This document shows, in pieces, positions 10,151 through 20,222 of a stretch of 64,000 bases of DNA. The position numbers were made by a program, and so were the translations under genes. The DNA is from Myxococcota bacterium (GTDB taxonomy: Bacteria; Myxococcota_A; UBA9160; SZUA-336). How positions within the stretch are numbered: the first letter of the stretch is position 1; each line of letters opens with the position of its first letter. The DNA is taken from positions 96,001 to 160,000 of the forward strand of contig CBDFGR010000002.1 of NCBI GenBank assembly GCA_965247115.1. Direction: 5' to 3'. The notes below the pieces were generated by a model. The model saw nothing but the letters and a program-made list of their open reading frames with translations. It ran no database searches and was not told the DNA's origin.

Positions 10151-10752
10151 TCTGTCCCCCCGGCCTGCTCGACGATGTCTTTCACGAACCGGGCGAAGAT
10201 GGACTCCAGCGCGCCGTTGAAGGCGCGCACCGCAGCGCTGACGCTGTCTCCAGCCGCTCGAGCTTCGTTCTCGTAGGTGCCGCTCCACACCAGCCGGTCG
10301 CTGCGCCGGTCGCGGAGCGCGAGGCCAAGCTGCACGCGGACCCGCTCTGCGTCAAGCACGCGCTCAAAGCGCTGGAGATGACCCGTGATCTCATAGTCGG
10401 CGGGGACCCGGAGCTCGGGCGTCACGATCCTGCGCGCAACGCCAGAGGAGCGCAGGTAGCGCACCAGGTCGTCGCGGAGGAGCTCGGCGGGTGGCTCCGT
10501 CCAGTGGTGATACAGGTGACGCTGAACCTGCACATCGCTTCCGTTCTCGCTGTAGACGATCGCGCGGTCGCGAGTGAGACCGTCCGCTGCGAAGCGCTCC
10601 ACGACGACGACCGCGTCGAGCGCAGGGCCCGCGGGCCCGGACGCGACGTCGGGACGAGAGGCCAGCCGATAGTACCGGTCCTGCGGGACCGGTTCGGCTG
10701 CGCAGCCCAGCACGAGCACCGCCAACAAGGCCGCAATGGTCCGCGAGATCAC
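10147..10752 (-). CDS. PqiC-like ABC transport auxiliary lipoprotein
   Basis: Lipobox VLGC; DRYYRL; HWTEPP; lies downstream of mlaD. Confidence 0.85.
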   Translation of the reverse strand: MISRTIAALLAVLVLGCAAEPVPQDRYYRLASRPDVASGPAGPALDAVVVVERFAADGLTRDRAIVYSENGSDVQVQRHLYHHWTEPPAELLRDDLVRYLRSSGVARRIVTPELRVPADYEITGHLQRFERVLDAERVRVQLGLALRDRRSDRLVWSGTYENEARAAGDSVSAAVRAFNGALESIFARFVKDIVEQAGGTE

Positions 10753-10753
10753 G

Positions 10754-11662
10754 CTACCTCTCTCCCGAGCTCACGGGCGGCGGCCTGCCGTCGAGCAGCA
10801 CCCCTGGGTTCGCCCGGATCTGCCGGCTGAACTCGTTCATGTTGCGCGTGGTGCCTTCCAGGTTGTGGTTGAACGTATCGATGTGCCGGGCGACCGATTC
10901 GAGGCTGTAGCGGAGGTCGACCAGGGATTGGTCCAGGTTCTCGCGGTTCTGCGCCACGGTCTCCGCGACCAGCTCGATGGCTTCATCAAGGCTGCCGCGG
11001 GTCACCCGGAGCTCGGCAGAGAGCTTGGCGAAGCCACGGGACGTCAGCTCTGCGTTCTCGAGCAGCTGATCGACGCGGACCACCGTCTCGTCGTCGAACA
11101 GCTCGTTCACCCGTGCGCTCGTCTCGGAGAGATCACGGGATACGGCCTCCAGGTTGGAGGCGATCGCAGGCATGCGGGCCGAGAGCTCTTCCAGGAGCGG
11201 CCCAACGCGGCGCTCTACGAGCTCGGCGAGCTCTCCCGCCGCATCGTTCAGCGCGGCGAACACGTCCGCAGATTCCTGGCTCGGGATCTCCGCACCGGGC
11301 TCCAGACTGCCTGTTGCACTCTGGCCGCGAATGTCTAGCTCCACAGACGAGAGCAGCCCGCTCGTGACATAGACCCGGCTGTCGGCCGCGACCGACCAGC
11401 CCTCGCGCAGGCGGAGCTCTACGCGGAAGCGCTGCTGGGCAGCCCGCTCAATTTGCACGAGTCGCTCCACCTGTCCCACGGGATAGCCGTTGTACAGGAC
11501 GCGCGTGCCCCTCGAGATCCCGGCCACGCGCTCGAAGACCGAGTGATAGGAGTCCGTGGCGCCCGTGCGCCCTGCGAGCAGCGCAAGCGCCGTTACGAGC
11601 AGGGCACCCGCCGCCAGCACGAATCCCCCCACCCAGAGGTAGTTGACACGGGCCTCCTGCAC
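10754..11662 (-). CDS. mlaD: MlaD/MCE-domain substrate-binding protein
   Basis: NYLWVGGFVL TM anchor; V.YNGYPVGQV MCE motif; long helical tail ending NPGVLL. Confidence 0.9.
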   Translation of the reverse strand: MQEARVNYLWVGGFVLAAGALLVTALALLAGRTGATDSYHSVFERVAGISRGTRVLYNGYPVGQVERLVQIERAAQQRFRVELRLREGWSVAADSRVYVTSGLLSSVELDIRGQSATGSLEPGAEIPSQESADVFAALNDAAGELAELVERRVGPLLEELSARMPAIASNLEAVSRDLSETSARVNELFDDETVVRVDQLLENAELTSRGFAKLSAELRVTRGSLDEAIELVAETVAQNRENLDQSLVDLRYSLESVARHIDTFNHNLEGTTRNMNEFSRQIRANPGVLLDGRPPPVSSGER

Positions 11663-12477
11663 TAGGCCTCTCCCGTGAGCCGGCTCAGGTACTCGTCCGG
11701 GTCGAGGGGAGCGTCGTCGGAGCGCCGGTGAAGCAGGTCCTGGACCCGAGGGCTCTCGCTCTCTCGCACCTGATCCGTGCTGCCGCTGCTCAGGATCTGA
11801 CCGTGGTCGAGCACCGTGATCCGGTCTGCGATGCGGAACGCGCTCTCGATCTCGTGCGTCACCACAACGATCGTCATGCCGAGTGCGTCCCGCAGCTTCA
11901 GGATCAGCTCGTCGATCGTGGCGGACGCGACCGGATCGAGCCCGGCAGAGGGCTCGTCACAGAAGAGCAGCTCGGGGTCGAGGATGATCGAACGAGCGAG
12001 CGCGGCGCGCTTGGTCATCCCGCCCGAGAGCTCTGCGGGCATGAGCTTGTCGAACCCGGCCAGGTTCACGAGCTCGAGCTTGAGACGCGTCATGATGTCC
12101 ATGGTCGTCTCGTCGAGTCGCGTGTGCTCCCGGAGCGGCAGCTTGATGTTCTCGGCCACGGTCATGGAGCTGAATAGCGCCCCACTCTGGAAGGCGACTC
12201 CCATTTTGCGGCGCAGCTGCAGCATCTCCAAGGCCGGGAGACTGGCGAGGTCCTTACCCAGGATGCGGATGGTCCCGTCCCTGGCGCGCTCAAGCCCGAG
12301 CAGGTGCGCGAGCAGTGTGCTCTTCCCGGCTCCGCTGCCTCCGATGATCACCATGATCTCGCCGCGCGCAACTTCCAGGTTGATCCCGTCGAGAATGCGG
12401 CGTCCGCCGTACTCGGTGACGAGGTCGCGAACCTCGATCGCAGCCTGGGGATTGGCGTCGTTCACTCTCTCGTTCAC
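11662..12477 (-). CDS. mlaF: MlaF-type ABC transporter ATP-binding protein
   Basis: GGSGAGKS, FQSGALF, LSGGMTKR and DEPSAGLDP motifs; GTG start overlaps the mlaE stop. Confidence 0.92.
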   Translation of the reverse strand: MNERVNDANPQAAIEVRDLVTEYGGRRILDGINLEVARGEIMVIIGGSGAGKSTLLAHLLGLERARDGTIRILGKDLASLPALEMLQLRRKMGVAFQSGALFSSMTVAENIKLPLREHTRLDETTMDIMTRLKLELVNLAGFDKLMPAELSGGMTKRAALARSIILDPELLFCDEPSAGLDPVASATIDELILKLRDALGMTIVVVTHEIESAFRIADRITVLDHGQILSSGSTDQVRESESPRVQDLLHRRSDDAPLDPDEYLSRLTGEA

Positions 12478-13271
12478 CGCGTCAGCAGGAAGGCCACCAG
12501 CATGTCTGCAATCACGATTGCCGCAATCGAGTGTACCACCGAGCGAGTGGTCGCCCGGCCGACACCCTCCGCACCTCCCGTCACCGACGAACCGTTCACG
12601 ATGCTGACCAGCGTGATCAGCACGGCGAAGAGCACGCTCTTGCTGAGCCCGTGCAGGAGATCGTCGACCGACACCACGAGGAGTAGGCGTTCGAAGTAGG
12701 TGCTGAGACTCATGCCCAGGTCCGCGGATACGTAGAGCCCCGCTCCCAGCAGACCCACCATGGCAGCCCAGATGGTCAGTGCCGGCAGCATCACGAGCAA
12801 GGCAGCCAAGGCGGGCGCGGCGAGGAAGCGCACCGGGTTGATGCCCATCACGCGCAGGGCATCGATCTCCCGGTTGATCTTCATGGTCCCCAGGCGAGCT
12901 GTGAGGGCCGAGCCAGAGCGACCCGCAACGAGGATTCCGGTGATCACGGGCGCGAACTCCCGTGTCACGGAGAGACCGATGCCGATCACGACCTGCGACT
13001 CCGCCCCGAACGTCTCGAGGGTGTCGATCCCCTGGATCGCCAGCATGGCGCCGATCGTTCCGGCCAGGACCGAGACGATCGGGATCGCCAGGACGCCAAT
13101 CTGCATCATCTGCTCGGCGACGGAGGGCATCCGAACGGACTGGCCGCGGCGCGGGCCCATGAACAGCCAATAGACGCTCTCTGCCAGCAGGGAGGCGGCG
13201 AGCCCGACCTCTTCGACTCCGCGCGTGGCTCCTCGACCGAGCCGCTCGACGAGCTCGCTAGCCGTCATCAC
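12474..13271 (-). CDS. mlaE: MlaE-family ABC permease
   Basis: REFAPVITGILVAGRSGSA...EIDALRVMG...GVGRATTRSVV. Confidence 0.93.
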   Translation of the reverse strand: MMTASELVERLGRGATRGVEEVGLAASLLAESVYWLFMGPRRGQSVRMPSVAEQMMQIGVLAIPIVSVLAGTIGAMLAIQGIDTLETFGAESQVVIGIGLSVTREFAPVITGILVAGRSGSALTARLGTMKINREIDALRVMGINPVRFLAAPALAALLVMLPALTIWAAMVGLLGAGLYVSADLGMSLSTYFERLLLVVSVDDLLHGLSKSVLFAVLITLVSIVNGSSVTGGAEGVGRATTRSVVHSIAAIVIADMLVAFLLTR

Positions 13272-13590
13272 CCAGAGCCTGTGCCAGGGTCTCGTGGATC
13301 GTGAAGACCGTCTCGAGCCGCGCGAGCTGAAGGACCCGGAGCGCTGCAGCGCTGACGCGGACGAGACCGAACTCGTGTCCCTGCTTGCGCGCCAGCTGGA
13401 AGGCCTCCACCAGGCTCGCGATGCCGGAGCTGTCGATGTAGGAGACCCGCGCCATGTCGACGAGGACCGGGCGACCGGTCCCTACCTGCTCGAGGAGCAA
13501 GGTGCGCACCGCCGGCGAGGTTTCCAGGTCTACCTCGCCCTCCAGTGCCACGACCGATCGGCCCCGCTCTTCCGTCACCGCGTGGCTCAT
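13258..13590 (-). CDS. STAS-domain anti-sigma-factor antagonist (RsbV/SpoIIAA-like)
   Basis: LEGEVDL; VSYIDSSGIASLV with the phosphorylatable Ser; ATG overlaps the upstream stop. Confidence 0.9.
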   Translation of the reverse strand: MSHAVTEERGRSVVALEGEVDLETSPAVRTLLLEQVGTGRPVLVDMARVSYIDSSGIASLVEAFQLARKQGHEFGLVRVSAAALRVLQLARLETVFTIHETLAQALGDDG

Positions 13591-14006
13591 CGGAGCTGCT
13601 TGACCATCCGAAACAGGTTTCCCTTCTCGGAGATCTGCGGAACGAACCCGCACTCGTCCATCAGCTCCTGGATCAGATGAACCCCGAGCCCGCCCGGGCG
13701 AACATCGTCCAGATCGCGCGGCGCGATCTGCTCCGGCTTCACGCGCGGAGCGAAGTCGCGCAGCCACAGCAGGAGCCTGTCTCCCTCCTGCTCCACCCGG
13801 AGCAGGATGTCGCCCTCCTGCGCAGAGCCGTAGGCGTGGCGGATGATGTTCTGACAGGCCTCGTCCACCGCCAGCACGATCTCATCCACGCAATCGCGCC
13901 CGCAGCCCACACCCCCCAGCGCCTCGCGGAGCTGGGCGCGGACGCCCTTGAGCTCGCTTGCCAGCGCCCGCACCCGCAGCTCCAGGACCGTCCGAGGCTC
14001 AGCCAT
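13587..14006 (-). CDS. RsbW-like anti-sigma factor / Ser kinase (HATPase)
   Basis: LAVDEACQNIIRHAY and RPGGLGVHLIQELMD motifs. Confidence 0.9.
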   Translation of the reverse strand: MAEPRTVLELRVRALASELKGVRAQLREALGGVGCGRDCVDEIVLAVDEACQNIIRHAYGSAQEGDILLRVEQEGDRLLLWLRDFAPRVKPEQIAPRDLDDVRPGGLGVHLIQELMDECGFVPQISEKGNLFRMVKQLR

Positions 14007-15234
14007 CGACGCCGAGCACCGTCGCGTCGTCTCGAAGCGGGTCCCGACTGACGTGGGCGACCAGCGCGTCGAGCCGCTCGCCGAGCCGCAGTCCGGCGTA
14101 GTGGCGAACGAGCTGCTCGAATCCGCCAAGGCCGAGCTGATCCCCCCCCGGGTCCGGGCGCCTCCGTGAAGCCGTCCGTGAACACGTACAGGGTCCCCTG
14201 GTCGAGCTTGAGCTCGTGGGGCTCGAATTCCGTATCGGGGAGGATGCCCAGCGGTACCGCCCGGGGCAGCACCGCGAAGAAGCTCCCATCCCGACGGTGC
14301 AACAGCGGTGGCTCGTGTCCGGCGTTTGCCAGCCGAACCCTGCCCGTTGCCGTGTCATAGCTGGCCGCGACCATCGTGACGAACATGCCGCGCGCCGACG
14401 TCTCGCAGAGCTCCGCGTTCAAGCGCGCGAGGATGTCTTCGGGCTCGTGACCTCCGCGGGCGAGGAATCGCGATACAGGCTCGCCGTCTTCGCGCCGAGC
14501 AGGGCGGCGTTCATGCCCTTTCCCGAGACATCACCCACCGCAAAGTGGATCCGGCTCTCTCCCACCAGAAGGAAGTCGAAGAAGTCTCCCGAGACCACTC
14601 GGGCTGGAGCGTTGGCCCCTGCGATCGGGAAGGGAGCGGGCTGGCGCTTCGGAAGCAGGCCGCGCTGGATCTCCGCCGCCAGCTCCAGCTCGCGCTGGAT
14701 CCGCTCGCGCTTCATCAGCTCTGTCGCAAATCTCGTGTTCAACAGGGCCAGGGCCGCCGAGGAGGCCATGCTCAGCAGCAGGTGCTGATCTCGATCGTCG
14801 AAGAGTCCGTCGCCGCCCCGCTTGTTCAGGAGCTCGATCGCGCCGAGGCAGCGTCCCTGGACGGAGAGCGGGGCGCACAGAATGGAGCGGGTCTTGAATC
14901 CAGTCGTCGCGTCGACCCCGGACGCGAAACTCGAGTCGGCCGATACGTCGCGCACGAGCTCGCAGCGGTTCTCGCGCACGCTGCGGCCCACGATGCCCTG
15001 GCCCGGCTCGAGCCGCAGGCCCGTGATCTCGGTGGGCCCCGTGCAGGCGCGACAGACGAGCTCTCCGGTCTGCTCATCGACCAGGAAGACCCCACCCTCC
15101 TCTGCCCCGACCCAGGCCGCGATGCGCTTGACGGCGGTCTCGAGCGTACGGTCCACGTCGAGCGTCGAAGCGAACTCCCGCCCGATCTCGGCGATCAACT
15201 CCAGATGGGTCCCGAGCTCGTCCGCTCCCGCCAT
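13999..15234 (-). pseudogene. GAF + SpoIIE/PP2C phosphatase (RsbU-like) with two frameshifts (pseudogene or assembly errors)
   Basis: GAF domain, VSGDFFD and GDVSGKG in frame A; NAGHEPP and YVFTDG in frame B; RDDATVL back in frame A. Shifts are an extra CG near 14470 and an extra base in the C8 run at 14142-14149. Confidence 0.88.
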
Positions 15235-15296
15235 CGCCGCTCCGACCGCCCCCGGGGGAGAGTTTACCGTAGACCACGTTCGTGTAGGATCCGGCC

Positions 15297-16058
15297 ATGC
15301 TCTGGCTCGCCCTGGCCGCTCTCCTCTGGACCTCTCCGGCAAGCGCTGCGGAGCAGGAGCCGAGTCTGGCCGAGGTGACGGCGTGTGCGCAGCTCGCGGT
15401 GCCCGATACGCCACGGATCTGGTCGATCGCGTTCACGACGCGGACGCGTGCCGGCGTCGAGAGAAACGTGCGGGCGAACCTCTTCACGCGCCATGACGAG
15501 CTCGAGCGGCGCGTCCTCGTTCTGCGCGTCACGCGACCCGCGGACGTAGCGGGCTCGACGTTGCTGCTCCTGGAGCGTGAGGGGCCCAACGAGATCTTCT
15601 TCAACTCACCGGAGCTGGATCAGCCGCTGCGCATCACGGGCGACGGCGCCCAGCTCAGCCTGTTCGGCACGGACTTCTCGTATGAGGACGTCGAACGCAT
15701 GTACGGCCTCAACCGACCGGTTGAGAACCGACGCCTCGACGACGGGCTCGTGGGGGATCAGCCGGTCTACGTGGTGGAGAGCAAGCCGGCGGGCGGGCCT
15801 GGCGACTCGGCCTACGAGGCGGTGGTCGCCTTCATCGCCAAGGACACCTGCGTTCCGCTTCGCACGGAGTTCTACGAGGCCGATCGGCGGCTCCGCAAGG
15901 TGCTGACGATCGATCCACGCGAGCTGCGCCGCGATGGGGCGGTCTGGATTGCCCATCGCCTTCTGATGAGTGACGTGCTCGACGAATCCGAGACCCGGCT
16001 CATCATCCTGAGCCAGGATCCCACCACGAGCTTCCCCGAGCTTCCCGGCAACCCGTAG
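15297..16058 (+). CDS. Outer-membrane lipoprotein-sorting (LolA-like) protein
   Basis: Signal peptide; P.DVAG...LFGTDFSYED...RTEFY motifs. Confidence 0.75.
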   Translation: MLWLALAALLWTSPASAAEQEPSLAEVTACAQLAVPDTPRIWSIAFTTRTRAGVERNVRANLFTRHDELERRVLVLRVTRPADVAGSTLLLLEREGPNEIFFNSPELDQPLRITGDGAQLSLFGTDFSYEDVERMYGLNRPVENRRLDDGLVGDQPVYVVESKPAGGPGDSAYEAVVAFIAKDTCVPLRTEFYEADRRLRKVLTIDPRELRRDGAVWIAHRLLMSDVLDESETRLIILSQDPTTSFPELPGNP

Positions 16059-16088
16059 AGCGGGAAACCGAAACGGTGCATCCGAACC

Positions 16089-17474
16089 CTAGAGCTTGTT
16101 GTAGCCGTCGAGGGCGGCGACCTTGTAGGCCTGTGCGAGCGTCGGGTAGTTGAAGACCGAGTCCCGCAAGTACTCGATCCCGCCACCGAGGGCGAGCACG
16201 GTCTGCCCGATGTGCAGGAGCTCCGAGGCGCCGTCCCCGATGATGTGCACTCCGAGCAGCTCCAGGCTCTCACGGTGAAAGATGAGCTTTAGCAGCCCCG
16301 TTTCGTCTCCCATCATCTGCGCCTTGGTGAGCTCCTCGTAGCGCGCCAGCCCCACGTCGTAGGGGACCTTGTCCGCGGTCAGCTGCTGCTCGGTCTTCCC
16401 GACCATCGCGACCTCGGGGATCGTGTAGATCCCGTACGGCAGGAAGGTCGGCGAGTACTCGAAGGGCTCCCCGAACATGTGGCAACTCGCGATCCGTCCC
16501 TGCTCCATCGACGTGGACGCGAGCATGGGAAAGCCAATCACGTCGCCAGCCGCGTAGATGTGGGGGACCTGTGTCTGGAAGTTCTTGTCCACCGGGATGC
16601 GACCGCGCTCGTTCGTCTGCACGCCGGCGGCATCCAGATTGAGGCGATCGGTGTTCGGCTGACGCCCGACCGCGTAGAGGAGCTGGTCGGCGCGAACCTG
16701 CTTGCCGCTCTCCAGCACGGCAGTGACCTGCCCGTTCTCACTCGACACGGACTCGACCTTCTCACCCAGCCGGAACGTGACTCGCCTGCGCCGCAGATGG
16801 TAGGTCAGGGCCGAGATCATCTCCTGGTCGACAAAGTCGAGGATCGTGTCCCTGCTATCGATGATGGTCACGCGGATTCCGAGGGCGGCCATGACGGAGG
16901 CGTATTCGAGGCCGATCACGCCCGCGCCCACGACGATCGAGGTCTTGGGCAGGCTGCCCTCCACGATCTCTGCCAGGTGATCCGAATCGAAGACTCGCTC
17001 ACCGAAGGGAATGTCGGGGTTCTTGGCGGGCCGCGTGCCGCACGCGATCAGCAGGTGGTCCGCACTCACGGTTTCGATGCCCTTCCCGTTCTCGATCTCG
17101 AGTACGTGAGGATCTCGAAAGCGCGCACTCCCCTCCACGACCTCGACGTCGTTTCGCGAGAGCTGATCCTGAACGACCTGCTTCTCTCGCTCCACCACCT
17201 TTTGCACGCGAAACATGAGGTCCTTGACCTCGATCTTGCTCTGCAGGGTGTAGCCGCTGCCATAGAAGGCACGTTGCCGGAAACCGGTGAGATAGAGCAC
17301 TGCCTCTCGCAGCGTCTTGCTGGGAATTGTTCCGGTGTGGAGGCACACGCCGCCGAGCATGTCGGGTCCGTCGACGATCCCCACCCGCTTGTCGAGCTTG
17401 GCCGCCGCGATCGCCGCCTTCTGTCCCGCGGGGCCGCTCCCGATGACGAAGAGGTCGTAGCGTTCAGAGCTCAT
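16089..17474 (-). CDS. sthA: Soluble Si-specific NAD(P)+ transhydrogenase
   Basis: GSGPAGQKAA, GGVCLHTGTIPSKTLREA, LASTSMEQGR and FNYPTLA.AYKVAALDG motifs. Confidence 0.93.
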   Translation of the reverse strand: MSSERYDLFVIGSGPAGQKAAIAAAKLDKRVGIVDGPDMLGGVCLHTGTIPSKTLREAVLYLTGFRQRAFYGSGYTLQSKIEVKDLMFRVQKVVEREKQVVQDQLSRNDVEVVEGSARFRDPHVLEIENGKGIETVSADHLLIACGTRPAKNPDIPFGERVFDSDHLAEIVEGSLPKTSIVVGAGVIGLEYASVMAALGIRVTIIDSRDTILDFVDQEMISALTYHLRRRRVTFRLGEKVESVSSENGQVTAVLESGKQVRADQLLYAVGRQPNTDRLNLDAAGVQTNERGRIPVDKNFQTQVPHIYAAGDVIGFPMLASTSMEQGRIASCHMFGEPFEYSPTFLPYGIYTIPEVAMVGKTEQQLTADKVPYDVGLARYEELTKAQMMGDETGLLKLIFHRESLELLGVHIIGDGASELLHIGQTVLALGGGIEYLRDSVFNYPTLAQAYKVAALDGYNKL

Positions 17475-17684
17475 AGGTGGGTTCGGGCAGCAATCGCCGG
17501 AAAATAGCACAGCCGCGCGACTGTCGGATCCGCGACGAGCGTGAAGAAGCTCGCAGCCCCAGCCTCTCGCCACCCTGACCTCGCCCGTGCTCGTGTGCCT
17601 TCCGCCGGCAGCCCATGGCACTTCCACATCGGCGTCCACGCACGAGCCGCGGCGAGCTCCGCGAGCTAGCATCTGGTTGCACGC

Positions 17685-17924
17685 ATGAGTGGTCGCAGAC
17701 CTCCAACGTCCAAGACTCGGGCAGAGGAGCTCGGCTTTCGCATCGTCGAGCTCCCACGGCCGCGCGCTCGCTCGCCCGAGCCGAGCGTATGCCCGAGCTG
17801 CGAGCAGCCCTTCTCGGAAGTCGCCACCCTGCACGAGGACATCGAATCGGGCGACGGCCACAGCGTCGTGCACCTGGAGCGGCGAAGAGGCCTCTGTCCC
17901 TCCTGCGGCTGGATCGACCTGTAG
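17685..17924 (+). CDS. Small hypothetical zinc-ribbon protein
   Basis: Two CPSC motifs; fills an intergenic gap. Confidence 0.55.
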   Translation: MSGRRPPTSKTRAEELGFRIVELPRPRARSPEPSVCPSCEQPFSEVATLHEDIESGDGHSVVHLERRRGLCPSCGWIDL

Positions 17925-17933
17925 CGAGGGCTG

Positions 17934-19175
17934 CTAGCGCTTCGCCCGCTTCCCGAACATGATTCCCGCAACGCGGCGAATCTGGATCTCCTCAGAGCCT
18001 TCCGTGATGCGATAGCGCCGGTGGTGCCGGTAGATGTGCTCGAACGGCTTGTGGCGCGTGTAGCCGATCCCGCCGTGCACCTGAATGGCGCGGTCCGCCG
18101 CCTCGCAGACGAGGCGATTCGCCCGGTAGTTGCACATGGAGACCTTGTCGGTGACGTCCATGTGGTGGCCGCGGTCGAGCTCCCACGCGGTCTTGTAGAC
18201 CAGGTTGCGGACGAGCTCGCACTCCGTCTGCAGCTCGGCGAGCGGGAACTGGATCGCCTGGTTCAACCAGAGCGGCTTGCCGAATACCTGGCGCTCCTTC
18301 GCGTAGCGAATGCTCTCATCGATGCAGAACTGTGCCGCGCCGACACCGGAGGCCGCCTGGCGAATCCGGTTCTCGTGCACGAAGGTCTGAGCGAGCGCGA
18401 GCCCCCTGCCCTCCTCGCCGAACAGCGTGGTCGAGGGTACGCGCACGTTCTCGAGCGAGACCTCGGCGTGGTCGCTCGGCATGTTGAAGGTCCACCACAT
18501 GAAGTCGACCTTGAAGCCGGGAGAGTCGGTGGGAACCAGGAAGCACGAGATGCCGTCCGCCTCGCCGGGCGCGCCGCTGCTGCGCGCGAAGATCATGTCC
18601 CAGTTCGCGTCGTGGAGACCAGAGTTGAAGCGCTTGGTCCCGTTCAAAATCCAGTCGCTGCCGTCTCGCGTCGCCGTGGTCTCGAGCCAGGTCGCGTCGC
18701 TGCCGTGGTCCGGCTCCGTGAGACCGAAGCCCACGCGGTGCGTACCCGTGATCATGCCGGGCAGGAACTCCTTCTTCTGCTCCTCGCTGCCGAAGCGCAG
18801 CATCATGATCACGCTCGGGAAGTTACCGACGATCGACGCCTCGTTCTGCAGGTCGTTGTGCAGTCCGAGCCCCTTGGCCGCGAGGTGTTCCCGGATGATC
18901 GCCATGGCCAGGTTCGAGCCGTCCTGCCCCCCGAGCTCTTTGGGCAGCGCAAAGCGCAGGTGGCCTGCCGCGTCGGCCCGTTGGCGCGTCTCGTGCAGGA
19001 GCTCCTCCCACTCGGCGCGCGGCCGGCCGCCATTCTCCCAATCCGTGCGGGCGTTCTCCCTCCGGTGATCGAAGAACTGGATGTTCTCGCGCTCGAGTGG
19101 CTTGATCTCGCGCTCGATGAAGAGATCGAGCTCTGCCAGCTTTCGCTCTATCTCCTCGGGAATCTCGAAGTCCAT
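17934..19175 (-). CDS. Acyl-CoA dehydrogenase family protein
   Basis: FGLTEPDHGSDA, AIQVHGGIG and RITEGSEEIQ motifs. Confidence 0.95.
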   Translation of the reverse strand: MDFEIPEEIERKLAELDLFIEREIKPLERENIQFFDHRRENARTDWENGGRPRAEWEELLHETRQRADAAGHLRFALPKELGGQDGSNLAMAIIREHLAAKGLGLHNDLQNEASIVGNFPSVIMMLRFGSEEQKKEFLPGMITGTHRVGFGLTEPDHGSDATWLETTATRDGSDWILNGTKRFNSGLHDANWDMIFARSSGAPGEADGISCFLVPTDSPGFKVDFMWWTFNMPSDHAEVSLENVRVPSTTLFGEEGRGLALAQTFVHENRIRQAASGVGAAQFCIDESIRYAKERQVFGKPLWLNQAIQFPLAELQTECELVRNLVYKTAWELDRGHHMDVTDKVSMCNYRANRLVCEAADRAIQVHGGIGYTRHKPFEHIYRHHRRYRITEGSEEIQIRRVAGIMFGKRAKR

Positions 19176-19202
19176 GGGAGCTCCTCCGGTGTTGGGACGA
19201 GG

Positions 19203-20222
19203 CTACCCGGTCTGCTCGAACGCAGGCCGTAGCAGCATGAGTGTGTCGTACTCGAGCTCCGCTACGCGTCGGCCGCTGGCAGCCATCACGATCGAGGGCA
19301 CCGACCCGTCGATGTGGGTGGCAGCCTGGTTCGCAAGGCCCACGCCCCAGCGCAGCGTCCCGTAGGTCTTCCACCAGTGGAAGCTCGGCTCGCTCCAGCT
19401 CCCGCCCGCAGTCTCGTAGCCCTCGCGCAGGTCCCTTCGACCGGCGAAGCCGCCGACCTCGAGCGCGTCGCTGCGGAAGCGCCACATGCGCACGCACAGC
19501 CAGCCGAGATCCTCCATCGGGTCCCCAACGTGGCACGCCTCCCAGTCGAGCGACGCGCGGAGCCCGTCGGGACCGACGATGATGTTGCCGTTGCGGAAGT
19601 CCCCATGCACCAGGCAGTTCGCCTTGGGAGGCGGGGGCCGATTGCTCTCCAGCCAGCGAAACGCGAGCGTGAACGCAGGGGAAGGTTGGAGCAGCGCGTC
19701 GATCTGAGGCCCGAGCGTTTGCAGCGCATAGCTCGCGGGCTCCAGGTCGCCGGGCCGCTCCATGCCAGGGTGGATCTGCTCCGTGGTGACCGTATGCAGA
19801 CGCGCCAACGCCTCCCCGCACTGCCGCCCGAGCCGGGGTCCCAGTCCCGGCGTGGCCTCGATCAGCCGCAGGACACGGCGCGGGATCGTCTCGCCAGCAA
19901 TGCGGGTCCCGATGAAGAAGGGACCGCCCACGAACGCTGGATCGCTGCCCGTGGCGTGGATGTGCGGGACCGGCATGCCCGCGGCCTCGGCCAGGCGAAT
20001 CCCCGAGGCCTCAATCTCGATGTCGATCATCTGGATCGCAGGATTCGCGATGACGGTCGCCACCAGCTGGAGCGTGGAGTCGCTGCGCACCGCGTCGAAG
20101 AGCGTGTTCCGGCGCCGCGCTCCTGCCGACGCGAGCTGCACGTTCTCGACGCGGACATGGCTGTCCCATTCGCGCGACAGGAACGCCTCGAGCCCCTTCC
20201 GCGTGGATTCGATCACGCTCAC
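19203..20222 (-). CDS. APH/ChoK-family phosphotransferase (LvaA / ACAD10-11 kinase-like)
   Basis: LVHGDFRNGN and LDWE.CHVGDPMEDLGW motifs; GTG start overlaps the upstream stop. Confidence 0.9.
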   Translation of the reverse strand: MSVIESTRKGLEAFLSREWDSHVRVENVQLASAGARRRNTLFDAVRSDSTLQLVATVIANPAIQMIDIEIEASGIRLAEAAGMPVPHIHATGSDPAFVGGPFFIGTRIAGETIPRRVLRLIEATPGLGPRLGRQCGEALARLHTVTTEQIHPGMERPGDLEPASYALQTLGPQIDALLQPSPAFTLAFRWLESNRPPPPKANCLVHGDFRNGNIIVGPDGLRASLDWEACHVGDPMEDLGWLCVRMWRFRSDALEVGGFAGRRDLREGYETAGGSWSEPSFHWWKTYGTLRWGVGLANQAATHIDGSVPSIVMAASGRRVAELEYDTLMLLRPAFEQTG

